Assembly (NCBI GenBank): GCA_010909165.1
Contig: MU008160.1
Location: 62,001 to 126,000 of the forward strand
Source: Anthoceros angustus
Lineage: Eukaryota; Plantae; Anthocerotophyta
Length of the DNA stretch: 64,000 nucleotides
Reading direction: 5' to 3'
Below the pieces are notes generated by a model. The model did no database searches. It had not been told where the DNA came from and saw only the letters and a list, made by a program, of their open reading frames with translations. This document shows positions 52,570-63,911 of the stretch, piece by piece. The position numbers were made by a program, and so were the translations under genes. Within the stretch, counting starts at the first letter, position 1. The number at the start of each line of letters is the position of its first letter.

Positions 52570-53670
52570 TTTCATAGTGTAAACGATGATGCTCAGTGTT
52601 TATAGGATGATCTTTATCGTCATTTTCTTGCTTGGGGTATTTTCATGGGGATTCGGAGCTAGTCTTGAAGAAGCTAATACAAGCCATAAAGACAACTTCA
52701 AATTCTTCTTAGTTCAAAAATCAGCGGTTACTCAATGCACATTTTTTGTTGATGGTAACTTTTCTTTTTTCATTCATATTTTTTTATTATTCTTTTGCAA
52801 CCTAAAGTACTTGTGGACTAACACAATTGGTAATTTTTCTCCTCTCTTGCAGAAAGTAGCTGTTGGTACAACTTGACAAAAGTCGGATGGGTGATCACGC
52901 AGATCTGGGTTTGTATGGAAGGAAGGGTTGAATTGTGAAAAGCACATTCATATGTGTCATGCAAAAAACTCTAGTGATCGATCAAGGACCTGTTGATGGA
53001 AATATTTGTATTAAATCAACTCTTTTGGTCCCAATTATTGATCAAATAAATGCCAACCAATGGTGATTGTAACATTGCAAACTTGATTCTTTCTATGCCC
53101 ACTTGGTCCCGTGTCTTTGAAGACAAGGACGAAAGTACCGGTTAGGACCATGTCTTTGATGCACCCAAAACTTAGGTGGACTCTTTTATGTGTAGGTTAA
53201 AATTAAATATATTAATAGATTTAATAAAATTATTATTTTGTGAACCTTGTATGTTTTGAAAACTTATCATCTTGAGCCTTAAAAACGTTGACGTTGCAGT
53301 TTCCTTGTGGAGACAACTCTAATAGTTGAGTCATCTGAGAGTGGATCGAGTAAGAAAGCTACCACGTTCGGAAGGAAAAGAACGCGATAGGGATCTTTTT
53401 GTAGAAGATCCTCAGACGACGTACCCAACCCGAAAGGTGTGAACAGACACGAATCGTGAGGGAAAGACAAAAATAAAGAAAGAAAGGAAGAAAGAGAATT
53501 ACAGGAGCAGAAAGATGATAACAGCAACGGCCTGATGCTACTTGTCATCAGCTGACTCGAGATGCGTGCACAAGGCATGGCGGCTGCCAGCTGAAGGCTG
53601 CAGGTAGAGTGTAGAGGACATTCACTCCAATGACCTCTGATTGTGGGTAGAGGATCTAAGAGCATATGGC
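52570..53670. repeat. Older, diverged and shorter paralog of the spacer at 6963-9180 / 39693-41930
   Basis: Shared blocks TTCATAGTGTAAA..GTTTATAGGATGATCTTTAT, GTATGGAAGGAAGGGTTGAA and GATCGAGTAAGAAAGCTACC. Confidence 0.8.
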
Positions 53671-54040
53671 TGAGAGTTGGATGCGCAGCAGAGTGAATAC
53701 CCTGCACGGCGTCCAGAAGGTGGAAACAGATCCGCTTTCAGGTTCCCTTCTCTGTGAGGGTCCACCTAATCGCGAGAAATATGCAGATCAATCCCGGCCG
53801 CAGGCACATAGGCAGCCTCTGGACAGATAGGATCAGCCATGAACAGATTGAAACATCCTGGTACAATCATCGGTATGCTTCCAAAAATGAGGTTCAGCTT
53901 TTTGCCAAAACTTATTGTCATACAACCTCTGGCCACTGCTGACCGACAGAACTACATATTCGACTTCAAAAAAAGAGGCATCCCTGCTGGGATCAATCCG
54001 TCGAACTCTCAGCCCATGTTGCTGTTCAAAGGCTGTAGGC

Positions 54041-54779
54041 CTAAAGCCCAAGCTTAGTTCTCCTCCAGTGTCTCCTCTTGGCATTATACCTGCAATGCGA
54101 CAATGCAGACAGGTTACAAGGACGCACTCGTAATTTGGAGGCCAGGGTCATCCTCCAAGAAAACGATACACCAGGAGAACTGCGACATTGCGCAGTAAAA
54201 GCATCCAAGACCAGCCCAGCACAACTTGCATGAACACAAGGCACTCAGAACCCAGACCCAGACACCATTCGATTGATAAACAAGGGACACAATCAACCCT
54301 AACAGCTGGTTACACCTGCGGGTGAAGCAAGGACGAGCCTCGGGAAAACCCTAACAGCAAACTCCACGCTTGTGTGGGGCACGGTGACACACAAATCCAC
54401 CCAGCAACAGCAACTTGTGCTTGTACTGACAGGCAACCAGGATGCCTAAGCCGGTACGCTACCACGGTTGCCCAAGACATGAAATGGTAAGAGGGAAGAC
54501 ACACGTCACCTAATGGTGTTATCCGTTCGCATACGGATCCAGTGAGGAATAGGCCTGTTTTGCTTCATCTTCTTCGCCAGCTTCTTCTTGATCCTGAACG
54601 TCTTTTGGGAAGGCTGCACGGCAAGGTTGTGCGTCAGAGCTCAAAGCAAGCGGAAACATCAAAGCAAGCGCGACGAAGCTCAGCGTTGGCCTCCAAACAA
54701 AAGACGAGCCACAGCAAATCACAACCCGCCCTCACATCAGGAACCACCAGCCACAAGTCAGAATCTGAGAGCATACCAT
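54041..54779 (-). CDS. RPL39: 60S ribosomal protein L39 (3 exons: 54777-54779, 54510-54613, 54041-54089)
   Basis: Spliced product [51 protein letters not shown] (51 aa), GT-AG introns. Confidence 0.97.
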
Positions 54780-54869
54780 GATAACAGTAGCGCAAAAGCG
54801 CAGTCGCGAGAACCGTAGACAGGAGAAACTCGAAAAGAAACAGTAGGTCTGTTAGGTGCGTATGTAGCC

Positions 54870-54975
54870 GACTGATTTTTAGGGTTCACAAAGCCAGCTA
54901 GCTGCTACCTTTATAAAACCCTAGAGAGTAGGGCTACTACGTGTATAAAACCCCTAGATATCAGGGTTTAGGTAG
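54870..54975. promoter_or_regulatory. Telo-box-rich shared promoter between RPL39 and the YqgF gene
   Basis: AAACCCTA at ~54916, TTAGGGTT at ~54879, AGGGTTTA at ~54963 and TATAAAA-like motifs inside the 400-bp gap between the two start codons. Confidence 0.6.
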
Positions 54976-55178
54976 CGTCCTTCTTCTATGTCGGCCGATA
55001 GGTTGAGCGCGGGAAGGCTGGCGCCGTCTGCCGCCTTCTAGTCCCCAGCCTTTCGGTCTTCATTGATATTGTACTCTCGCGTGTTGCCATGGCTCGGATC
55101 TGCGATTTAGTGGATGTCTCTGGAGTTGGTTTTCGGCAGTCGTGCTGTTGATACACACGAGAGGACGTTCCAGGAGGA

Positions 55179-56546
55179 ATGAGGCGAGTATCGTCCAAGG
55201 AGCTTTTCCAGCTGATCCGCCCTGGTCAGCGCCTTTTAGGGATGGACGTGGGAGACCGTAATATCGGCTTGGCGATCTCAGATGCTGCCAATCGAGTCGC
55301 CTCTCCCCATAGGTTTGTCTTCCTGGTTGTTTGTTTCCTCTGCTCCAAAAGCACCTTGCATCCCCGGGCTTCGCTGACCAGTTTATGAGGTGAAATGCCC
55401 TATGCAGGTGCTAGATGCTGTGTGCGCTGTGTTGCATGCTAGATGCCCTATCATCTTCCATGTGTCTATAGTTGCACTACATTAAACTGCTTCCTTGAAT
55501 TGTGCTGGGTGCTCGGTTAGCAGACTAGGGTTCAATTATCCGAACCCTGTTTGTTTGACATGGTGATCTACCTTCCTGTCGAGCCAGCTTAGTGGGAGCA
55601 TCTTGATTCTTTTCTAATATTTAGAATATTGGGTCTCGACGCTTTGACTTCCTACTCTGTGTGAATTTCCTTTAATTTTTCTTTGTGTATTTGTGTAGCT
55701 CACTCGTGAAGGTCTGCCGTGTGGTGATCACTTCATAGTCCTTTGTGCATTTGCATCGCAGCAGTGGTTGTGTAAATCCATGAGTAGTCTATCTTTTCGT
55801 CTTCTTGCAGTGTCCTATACCGAAAGCAGTCAGCCCTGTCTGATAACATTCAGACACTACAAAGGATGGTACTTTTCCTTCCTACGTCGTGATACGTTCT
55901 TCAGTGTCCAGCCGTTTTCAGGATGATGCCTGGTTGACACATGTGCGCTGCCAGGTCACTCAACTTTCTGTCATTGGACTCGTGATTGGTTACCCTCTTG
56001 CCTTTTCTGGGCAGGAAGGTCCTCAGGTGCATAAGTATTAAGCCTCAGCCACCCAGTTGAGAACCAGTTCAGATTTGTTGTCAGCTCCCCGTATTGAATG
56101 CCTGTGCACTGCCTGGTTCGCAGAGTGTAAAAACTAGGGCCTTTGTGAAGGAATTACAGCTGTGTGGAAAACTTGATCAGCTATACTACGTTTTCTGGGA
56201 CGAGCGACTCACAACTGCGGTATGTCATGCTTGCGGAACCTCTTGCGTTCTCCCAATTTCAGTAGATGCTGCCTCTCCCCTTGCGGTACTGACAGAGTTG
56301 CCAACACAGACAGTGGAAAACGCCATAGGAGCTTTGGACTTAACGGGACGTCGTAGGAAAAGCATCATGGACAAGTTCTCAGCGCTCAGTATTCTTCAGG
56401 TTGTTTTCACTCCATTTAGCCTATCCATGTCCGCTGCCTTTGCCTTGGTGTGCCGCAGCATCTCGACGTTTTCCATCTGTTGCGTGTTGTAGGGTTGCCT
56501 CGATGAGCTACTACGACTCAAGATAGATGCACGTCCCTCAGCCTAA
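55179..56546 (+). CDS. YqgF/RuvX-family RNase H-fold nuclease (putative pre-16S rRNA nuclease / resolvase-like); exons 55179-55312, 55811-55868, 55955-56026, 56124-56219, 56310-56399, 56493-56546
   Basis: RLLGMDVGDRNIGLAISD, GLVIGYP, WDERLTT, MDKFSALSILQGCLD; all introns GT-AG and in phase. Confidence 0.92.
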
Positions 56547-56759
56547 ACGAGTTGCTCATCTCGTCCTCTCTCGGCTCTCAAGTCGTCTTCTAGACAGTTC
56601 CACTTAGGTACTTAAATGTCTGGAAGCGGTAGGTCGACGCACGAAGCAATTTAAGTTTTGTACAAGTGGAAAACCCCATCCCCCTTAGAGTGTGCCCTAC
56701 CATCTTCGTCTCCAAATCGGCATGCATCCTAAAGCTGAAGTAGTTGGTTATCGAGGCAC

Positions 56760-56966
56760 TTGGGTTTTTCTCTCTGGGCCTGCTCGGACCTACCTCAGTT
56801 TTCTCTGTGGGCTTGCCCGGAATCACCTCAGTTTTTTCTCTCTCTGGGCTTGCCCGGACTTGTTTTCTCTTTCTCTGGGCTTGCTCGGACTTGACTTAGT
56901 TTTTTCTTTCCCTGGGCTTGCTCGGCCTTAACTTAGTTTATCTTTCTCTCGGCTTGCTCGGACTGG
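56760..56966. repeat. About six imperfect ~35-bp tandem repeats (TTTTCTCTCTGGGCTTGCTCGGAC core)
   Basis: Seen directly in the sequence. Confidence 0.8.
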
Positions 56967-57737
56967 TTTGGCCCCGTCAATGAGGGTATGTGATGTGTCT
57001 CCATGTGGGGAACAGCTTGAGGACGACTTGGAGGCAACTTTCTCAGTTGTCTGTCTAAATTCCGCACACTCCCAAAGAACAGGAACAAGCCCTGCCGGCT
57101 AGGGCAGTCACCCAACGGGCACGGCCGCAACAGCTTAAAGCCGCTCTAAATGGTGCACGTTTGCCAAGTGCACACAGAAGCCACTCCAAGATGTGTAGGG
57201 CAATTGTAGGTGAAGCCTTGAAGGAGAAGGAGGAGTTCACTACAGTCCACTTTGGATGGCCTTTTCCCGTCATTAATCTGTAGGCAGCGAGCACTGAATT
57301 TTGTGGACATGAAAAACAGAGGCTTAAGAAGTTACTGTAGTTGGTTTGCATATTTCTCGAGCATTCCAAGGATGGGACGCTGGCCTGCGGCACAAAGCTC
57401 GGCATGCTTGCATTGTTGTTCCAGGCTCATAGCCTACGTGATTCCTAGCAGTCTAGAGCCGCACGAAGGCGGTGTCCAACTTCACTGGGACTTGAGGAAC
57501 AAGTGGGTCCGAATGCCACTTGGTGCGGCGCCAAGACAGCGCTCCTGTGGCCGACTGGCAGGCCCAACGCCAAGTCCAACTGCACTTGGGACATGTTTGC
57601 ATGTCCGTCCTCCTGGCCTCCCACTACATAAGCAGCGGATGGCGAGGGAGGAAAGCACCCATCTTCGAGTCTCTCTCCGTCTGTGACAGCAGCTATCGAA
57701 GAAACCTGTGCAGGCTAGCGGCATCCAATTGTGGGCG

Positions 57738-59427
57738 ATGGATTTCAAATGGGCGCTTGCCTTGGCCTTGGCCTTGTCCTGCGTGTGCGCCGCAGCAGGC
57801 CTCAGAGCCGAGCTGCAGCTGGAGGAGCCTCGGGAGGTTTTGCGCACCGACGGAGGCCGAGTCGAAGCTTGGTCCGACATCCGGTCTCTGAGAGACGCCA
57901 ATGTGGCCGCTGCCAGAATCACCATCAGGCAGCGCGGCCTTGTGCTACCAAAGTACTCCGACTCCGCGTGCATCGGCTACGTGGAGGACGGTGAGTCGAG
58001 ACTCTGGAACAGACGATCCTGCATCATTGGTCAAAGCTTGGTTGCTTGTTCGATTCCCTGATGAAGTTGGTGTGATCCTCTGCAGGTGAGGGATATGCGG
58101 GGATTCTGACCGGCTACTCCTTGGGAGAGGCGTCTGGTGTGAGGCGTGTGCGGCGCGGTGACATTGTGGCCTTCCCTCGGGGGGTTGCTTCTTGGTGGTA
58201 CAATTCCGGAAACTCCGAGCTCCGAATCCTCGGCCTTGCCGAGACTTCAGCAGGAGCTGAGGCTGGCGAGCCCAGGGTACGCATTGAGCTTGAGCTGTAT
58301 CGCTTTGCAAACTGTGCAAGTTTCTGTGCGATTCGGCGTGGCCTGGCTTACAGTACTCCGCATTGCATGTACAATGCAGAGCTTTTTCTTGATTGGTGGA
58401 GGCCAGGAGCAGGAGCATGAGCATGGGCGGCGCCGGGCAGGGCAGCAGGAGTTCCGTGGAATTCTGCACGGATTCAGGAGAGAGTTCTTGGCGGATGCCT
58501 GGGACGTGGATGAGAGGCAGGTGGACGACCTCCTCGACAGCCAGCGGGGCGTGGGCATCGTCCAGGCTGAGCGTGATGTGAGAATCGAAGAGAGCCGAGG
58601 TAACGGGCACCGGGCCAGCCAGACCGACTTGCGTGAGCATATTGCCAACGGCGAGTTCGCCTACAACATTCGGGAAGGTTCAGCTGATGTGAGAGTTCAC
58701 AGCGCTGGGCTCTACAACAGCGCCAACAGGTTCAAGCTCCCCATCCTCAAGAATGTCAACTTGGGTGCATCATACGGCCGCCTTGAGCCGGTAAGTACCT
58801 TCTTCCTCCCCCACTACCTCAGTCTGGATCAACAAGTTGCAGTCTGCAATGGGATTTTGTGATGGATGCACGACCTGATAAATGTGAACTCCTGTTATTC
58901 CAGAATGCAATTCTGGCCCCTCAGTGGAATCTCAACGGCCATGCCATTCTGCACGTCCTGAGAGGTTCTGCAAGACTGGAAATCGCTGGCAACAATGGAG
59001 AGCGGCTTGCGAGCCAGGACATCAACGAAGGTGATGCCTTCGTTGTCCCACGATTCTACCCTCACGGCTTCCAGGCTGGAGACGAAGGCTTGGAATGGGT
59101 TGCCTTCCACACCACAGATCAGTAAGCTGCATTCCATCCCAAACTCTCTTAGAACGCATCCCAAACTCATTCGAACATGTTAGCAATGCCAACCAGCTAA
59201 TGTTCCCTTCCATTTTCAGGCCTTTGGTTGAGGCTCTTGCAGGCAGGACGTCCGTCTACCGTAATCTTCCGGAAGAGGTGGCAGCTGCGGCTTTCAATGT
59301 GGATGTTGAGCAGATCAGAAAGATAAAGGAGCGCCGGGAGAGGGCAGCGCTTATCCTGCCAGGACGTGGCCGCGAGAGACACAACTTCGACAGCTCTTTC
59401 ATTCGCCACTTCAAGAGCAGCAAGTGA
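57738..59427 (+). CDS. Secreted 11S globulin/legumin-like bicupin storage protein; exons 57738-57990, 58086-58276, 58380-58790, 58904-59121, 59220-59427
   Basis: Signal peptide MDFKWALALALALSCVCAAAG, GLVLPKYSD, RRGDIVAFPRGVASWWYN, ILAPQWNLNGH, LAGRTSVYRNLPEEVAAAAFNV; GT-AG introns in phase. Confidence 0.9.
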
Positions 59428-59692
59428 AATGAGCATCGTAAAGGGGGTTCCAAATGTAGGTCACATGTAAATAGCGATCACAGTTTGTGAGTACCCAGTG
59501 GTTACCAACTTCTTCAAACTTGAAGTCTGTTATCCTGAGAAATAAATAAAGTCTGCGAGACAAACCTCTTTGATCAATTTGAACTTGCGAGCTTCGAATT
59601 CATGGGCTGGCTTTGCTGCTCTTCCCACCTCCCAGATGCTATAGTTCCATATGCATGATGTAGCTTCCAGCTGTGCTGCTGGAAAGCTCTTT

Positions 59693-59852
59693 AGGAATCG
59701 TGTGGAGTAATCCAGGTGCTGCTCAGCATGGTAAGAATCGTGTGGAGTAATCCAGATGCTGCTGAGCATGGTAGGAGTCGTGTGGAGTAATTCAGATGCT
59801 GATGAGTATGGTAGGAATCGTGTGGAGTAATCCAGATGGAACTGAGCACGGT
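59693..59852. repeat. Four tandem 40-bp repeats
   Basis: Consensus AGGAATCGTGTGGAGTAATCCAGATGCTGCTGAGCATGGT with few substitutions. Confidence 0.9.
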
Positions 59853-60159
59853 TGAAGATGTCCCTTGGTGTTGGCCTCTTTCCTATATGTATGCACAAAA
59901 AGGAATGCGCCGTCACAGAACAGTCCATCAAGCATAAGAATGCATAGGTACCAAAATTATACAAATCGAATTTATTCAACTTTGAAGTAGATTACACATC
60001 AAATTACACACAAGTTCAGCAGAAGTTTCTATATATAGACGGGAGTCTCCAGCGGATCTCATCGGTTCTAGCAAGGCATACATCCGATCTCTTCGATTGT
60101 AGCACGCAAATATCAAAGTGTTTGTTCGTACAGCCTGGTGGGTCGTGAAAGGAGAGAAG

Positions 60160-60870
60160 CTAGAGATGGAAGAGGCGTTTCTGCGCATCCAGGAGGTACT
60201 GGGTCTGCTTGGGCGTGATTCCGAACGCCTGCCCCAAAACATCCGAAGGGATGTCGGAACTCATGAGAGCACTCACAAAGTTCTGAGCAGGAGAGTACTG
60301 CGTGTTCAGAGCCGAGATGACCCAAGACAGACCGTCCGCCACATTCTTCATGAAAATCAAAGATCCCCGAGGAAACACAAACACTTCTCCCTTCTTCAGA
60401 ATGGTCTTGTACAGCTTGTGGCTCTGAGACGGCACGAACGCCACCTCCAGCTCTCCCTCCACCAAGTAGATGATCTCGGTGGCTCGTGCGTGGTGGTGAG
60501 GTGGGTTGAGCCCCCCCTTGCCGAAGTCGATCCTCTGCAATGCAATGCCCAGAGTGTTGAGCCCCGGGAAGACGTTCACAAACCCGCTGGTGATGACGCA
60601 GCCCAGAGGGTGCTTGCTGGTGTCGCCCGGCGTCACCAGGCCTGAGAATTTGAAGTCCTCGGCGGTGGTTTCGTCCACCGACTTGCAGATGAACCCGTTG
60701 ATGTGGGGATTGGGATTCTTGGTGTCCTTGGCCACGCAGAAATCCTGCAGCGGGTCGGGGTCGGATGCTGCCGTGAAGCTGGGCGCGCAAGCAACGAAGA
60801 AGAGCACAGCAGACGAGATCATGATCAGCTGCATCGTTGCGTCCAGGAGTGTGGTGTCGCAGCGGGCCAT
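60160..60870 (-). CDS. Germin-like protein (GLP-e), intact and intronless, 236 aa
   Basis: Uninterrupted ORF with signal peptide, DPDPLQDFCVA, GGLNPPHHHARATE, GEVFVFPRGSLIFMKN. Confidence 0.95.
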   Translation of the reverse strand: MARCDTTLLDATMQLIMISSAVLFFVACAPSFTAASDPDPLQDFCVAKDTKNPNPHINGFICKSVDETTAEDFKFSGLVTPGDTSKHPLGCVITSGFVNVFPGLNTLGIALQRIDFGKGGLNPPHHHARATEIIYLVEGELEVAFVPSQSHKLYKTILKKGEVFVFPRGSLIFMKNVADGLSWVISALNTQYSPAQNFVSALMSSDIPSDVLGQAFGITPKQTQYLLDAQKRLFHL

Positions 60871-61899
60871 TGCTGAGGAGTTCGGTCCACAAGACCTGAA
60901 TCCTTGAGCGATAGAATGCGAGTCTCAGAGGAGATAGAAGGTGAGTCTCGAGGAGATCGGAATATATGTGAGTCACAAAGGAGCTCGCAGACTAGATTGC
61001 AGCTGGAAGGCAGAGTGCTGCAGAAGGTGATGGTGATTAGGGGGCTTGCGGGGTTTTATACCATCGCCCACAAGGCCAGATCTTTCTGCCAGGCATGATC
61101 GTACGTATGCGCAGCCGTTAATCCGGTGTTCTGAGGTCCAGATGGTCTGCAACAAAAATCTGTGGAGGGGAAATTTTACGAGCACATGAATAGTCTGCAA
61201 ATGGACTAAGGGTGCGTGATGGCCTGCCGGGATGCAGGGCGCGAACACTGTGCGTCCGGACACCATTCTCGATGCCATCTGACGTCGGGTGGACAAGGAT
61301 TTTTGGGAAATGGTGCAGAGCTGAATTCAGCTTCCAGGCAATTGCTTAGGACTGTAACGGCAAAGCAAGTTGCGTTTCTGGAAGACAGCGTCAACCTCCA
61401 CTGTAGGCTGTAGGTACGCGCCAATGCCGCCCTAGCTTCAGATCCTCTCCTCGATTGAATAATGAGATCCATCTTGGAAGTTGCAACTTGCACCAATGCA
61501 CTTCCTGTTTTTAGGTCCCATTCATCGCGGACGATCCGGTCACCATCTCTTGTCAGGCTGCAGCTCCGGGAACTCGCCTTCTATCACAGGTTGCATTCAC
61601 TGCCTCGGTTTCTAGAAGCTGGGTGCGGATTCATGGCCCAACACAACTGAGACCCACAAATCAGAAACCGCCAGCCACACATCCCGCCAGCCACACATCC
61701 ATCTGTAACTACCCATGGCGGCATTAGCACGAAGGAAAGAACTCTGACTGGTTCCTAGAAACTTGGAAGGCGAAACTCGGAAGGAAGAACTCTGAGTGTG
61801 AACCCCAGAATGACGAGGGCCTTCCGGCCATTTTCTTGTCCGAAAATTCGAGGGAAATTAATTTTAGATTTCTTAGGGTCGAATTAAGTGGTCGAATTT

Positions 61900-62190
61900 G
61901 GATGGGGGATGAGGGGATGAGGGGCATGAGGGGATGAGGGGATGGTGGGGATGGGGGATGAGGGGATGGTGGGGATGAGGGGATGAGGGGATGGGGGGAT
62001 TGGGGGATCAGGGGGATTGGGGGATCAGGGGGATTGGGGGATCAGGGGGATTGGGGGATCAGGGGGATTGGGGGATCAGGGGGATCAGGGGATGGTGGGG
62101 ATCAGGGGATGGGGGATGGGGGATGGGGGAATGTGGGGAATGGGGGAATAGTGGGATGGAGGAGGGGATGTTTGATGGGGATGGGGGATG
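61900..62190 (+). repeat. G-rich minisatellite (GGGGATGAG and GGGGGATTGGGGGATCAG units)
   Basis: More than 25 runs of G4-G6 on the + strand. Confidence 0.9.
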
Positions 62191-62899
62191 TTTCACAGTA
62201 CAGGCCACGAAATGTTACGGAAGAGGGATGAAATCTTTTCTTGGAGGATGAGCAACAGAAAAAAAGATGCGACGAAGCCAAGGAGCAAGCAAAATTTAGC
62301 AGCTGTGAAGAGGAGGGAGAAACCGGATTATCTACCTCCAAATTGTATGACATAGCTGGCTTGCATGGCTTCGATGGCTGGTTCCACAAGACTAGGGGCA
62401 GAAATCCAAACGAGGGGGAGTCTGAATGGGGAAGACTAGCCAAAGGTTGCAATGATGCGAAAATGCCTTTGTTTTATGAAAAGAAAGGGATGCAGGAGCC
62501 ACCACGGGTGGACGCTGGTGAATTCGGCGAATACGAAGATGGAACTTCAAGCAAAGAAGATTAGGTGCCAATAGAGGTTTGTGGCTCAAAGCCAGAGGCA
62601 GAAGCAGAAGACGCATACCAGGCACTTATTTGACGACGGCTACCATGCAAGCCTTTTTTTTTTTCGGCTTACCGTGGTGAGTCCTGCTCACAGCTGACTT
62701 GTTTCATCATTCATCCTGTTTTAAAAACTGTTTCTGCGCAGTGATGGTGGTAAAAGGCCTAGTCGATGGCATGAGGGTGGACACTCGTGGCTGGATGGAC
62801 ACTTGTGAGGTCGAGTTCATGGAGAAAGGTATCTTGGTGGCTTCAAATTCAAAGCTACCTGTCTCATTTTCAAGTGTTCCTCACTATGCCTATTCAATT

Positions 62900-63911
62900 C
62901 TTGCAGATGCAAACCAGGGTTCTCAGAATTCAGCCCAAAATGCTGCAGCGTTCGAGATGAGAGGAGGTGAACCCCGTGGACAGAGGCAGGCTCAAGTCGC
63001 AGGCTGTTTGGTGAGACGGTCACTGAACCCTAGCATGCGACTGTAAGTTTTTTGAGGGTCGACGCTGTTGCTGACCATGGCTATTTTTGGCCGCGGGTGC
63101 AGCAGATGCAGCGGATGAGGATTTCAGCATGAGAAGACTAGACAGTAGCCGCCCGGTGGCTGCAAATAGCAGCCCAATTGAAAACAATCCGCCAGATGGT
63201 ACTCCTGAAGGTAATACAGGATGCATTTTGCCCCCCGATGAGATGGCTGATGGCTGATGGCTGATGTGCGTGAGCTGATAATTAAGGTGATGATGTGCAG
63301 TGCCTAGCAGGGATAGTGAAGAATCCCACCCGAGCGAGGGACAGGTGCCTTTACTCTTAGCTTGGACCAATCAATTGTGCACTGTGATGTGAGTTTTGCA
63401 CCAAAGTTATGGTGTCTTACCTAATGCTCGCCTTCTCTCGCTGTGTGCAGCAATTTCGCCCGTTTGCTCAGCCACTCCAATGCCTAGCAGTCGGGACAGG
63501 CGGATGGCATGGATGGAGAAAAGTAAAGCATACCATATAGAGGCATACTTGCGGAGGAGCCCACGGCCTCTAGTGAAGCTGTATCCTGGTGGATTGACTG
63601 ACAGGATGCTGAAGTTCAAAGCCCTGGACAAGATGAAGAAAAAGAGGGAGACAGAGCAGCTGGAGTATGATAAGCTTCAGGACATGCTTGGCATTCGTAA
63701 CACGTCTGACGCAGGGAGAACAAAGCAGGCCACTGGAGACAAATCAGGCAGAGTGCCTAGGGGAGGGGAGTCAGCATCTGAACTGCAGAGCATGGGTCTG
63801 GATTCTCAAGAAGTATGTCAGCCAAGCCTTCGAGGCAGCACATGCTTTGGCTGCCGAACGCTTGGCTGCACCGAGCAAGTCCGGGTGCAACAGCGGCAAG
63901 TTGCACGGTAG
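62900..63911 (+). CDS. Possible spliced gene of unknown function (partial)
   Basis: Exon-like segments flanked by AG/GT at ~62908-63010 and ~63103-63210, and from ~63451 (ORF 63396-63911, charged, coiled-coil-like). No recognisable family. Confidence 0.3.

Noticed and set aside
54090-54509. Intronic H/ACA snoRNA in RPL39 intron 2
   Set aside because: Hairpins are present but I found no properly placed ANANNA and ACA boxes. An Infernal/Rfam scan would be needed.
59693-59852. CRISPR-like array
   Set aside because: Units are contiguous with no unique spacers, the context is eukaryotic and there are no cas genes.
57945-60645. Long antisense ORFs over the globulin and GLP-e genes
   Set aside because: Shadow ORFs expected from GC-rich codon usage on the coding strand.
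61983-62251. Gly-rich protein ORFs
   Set aside because: They are by-products of the G-rich repeat.
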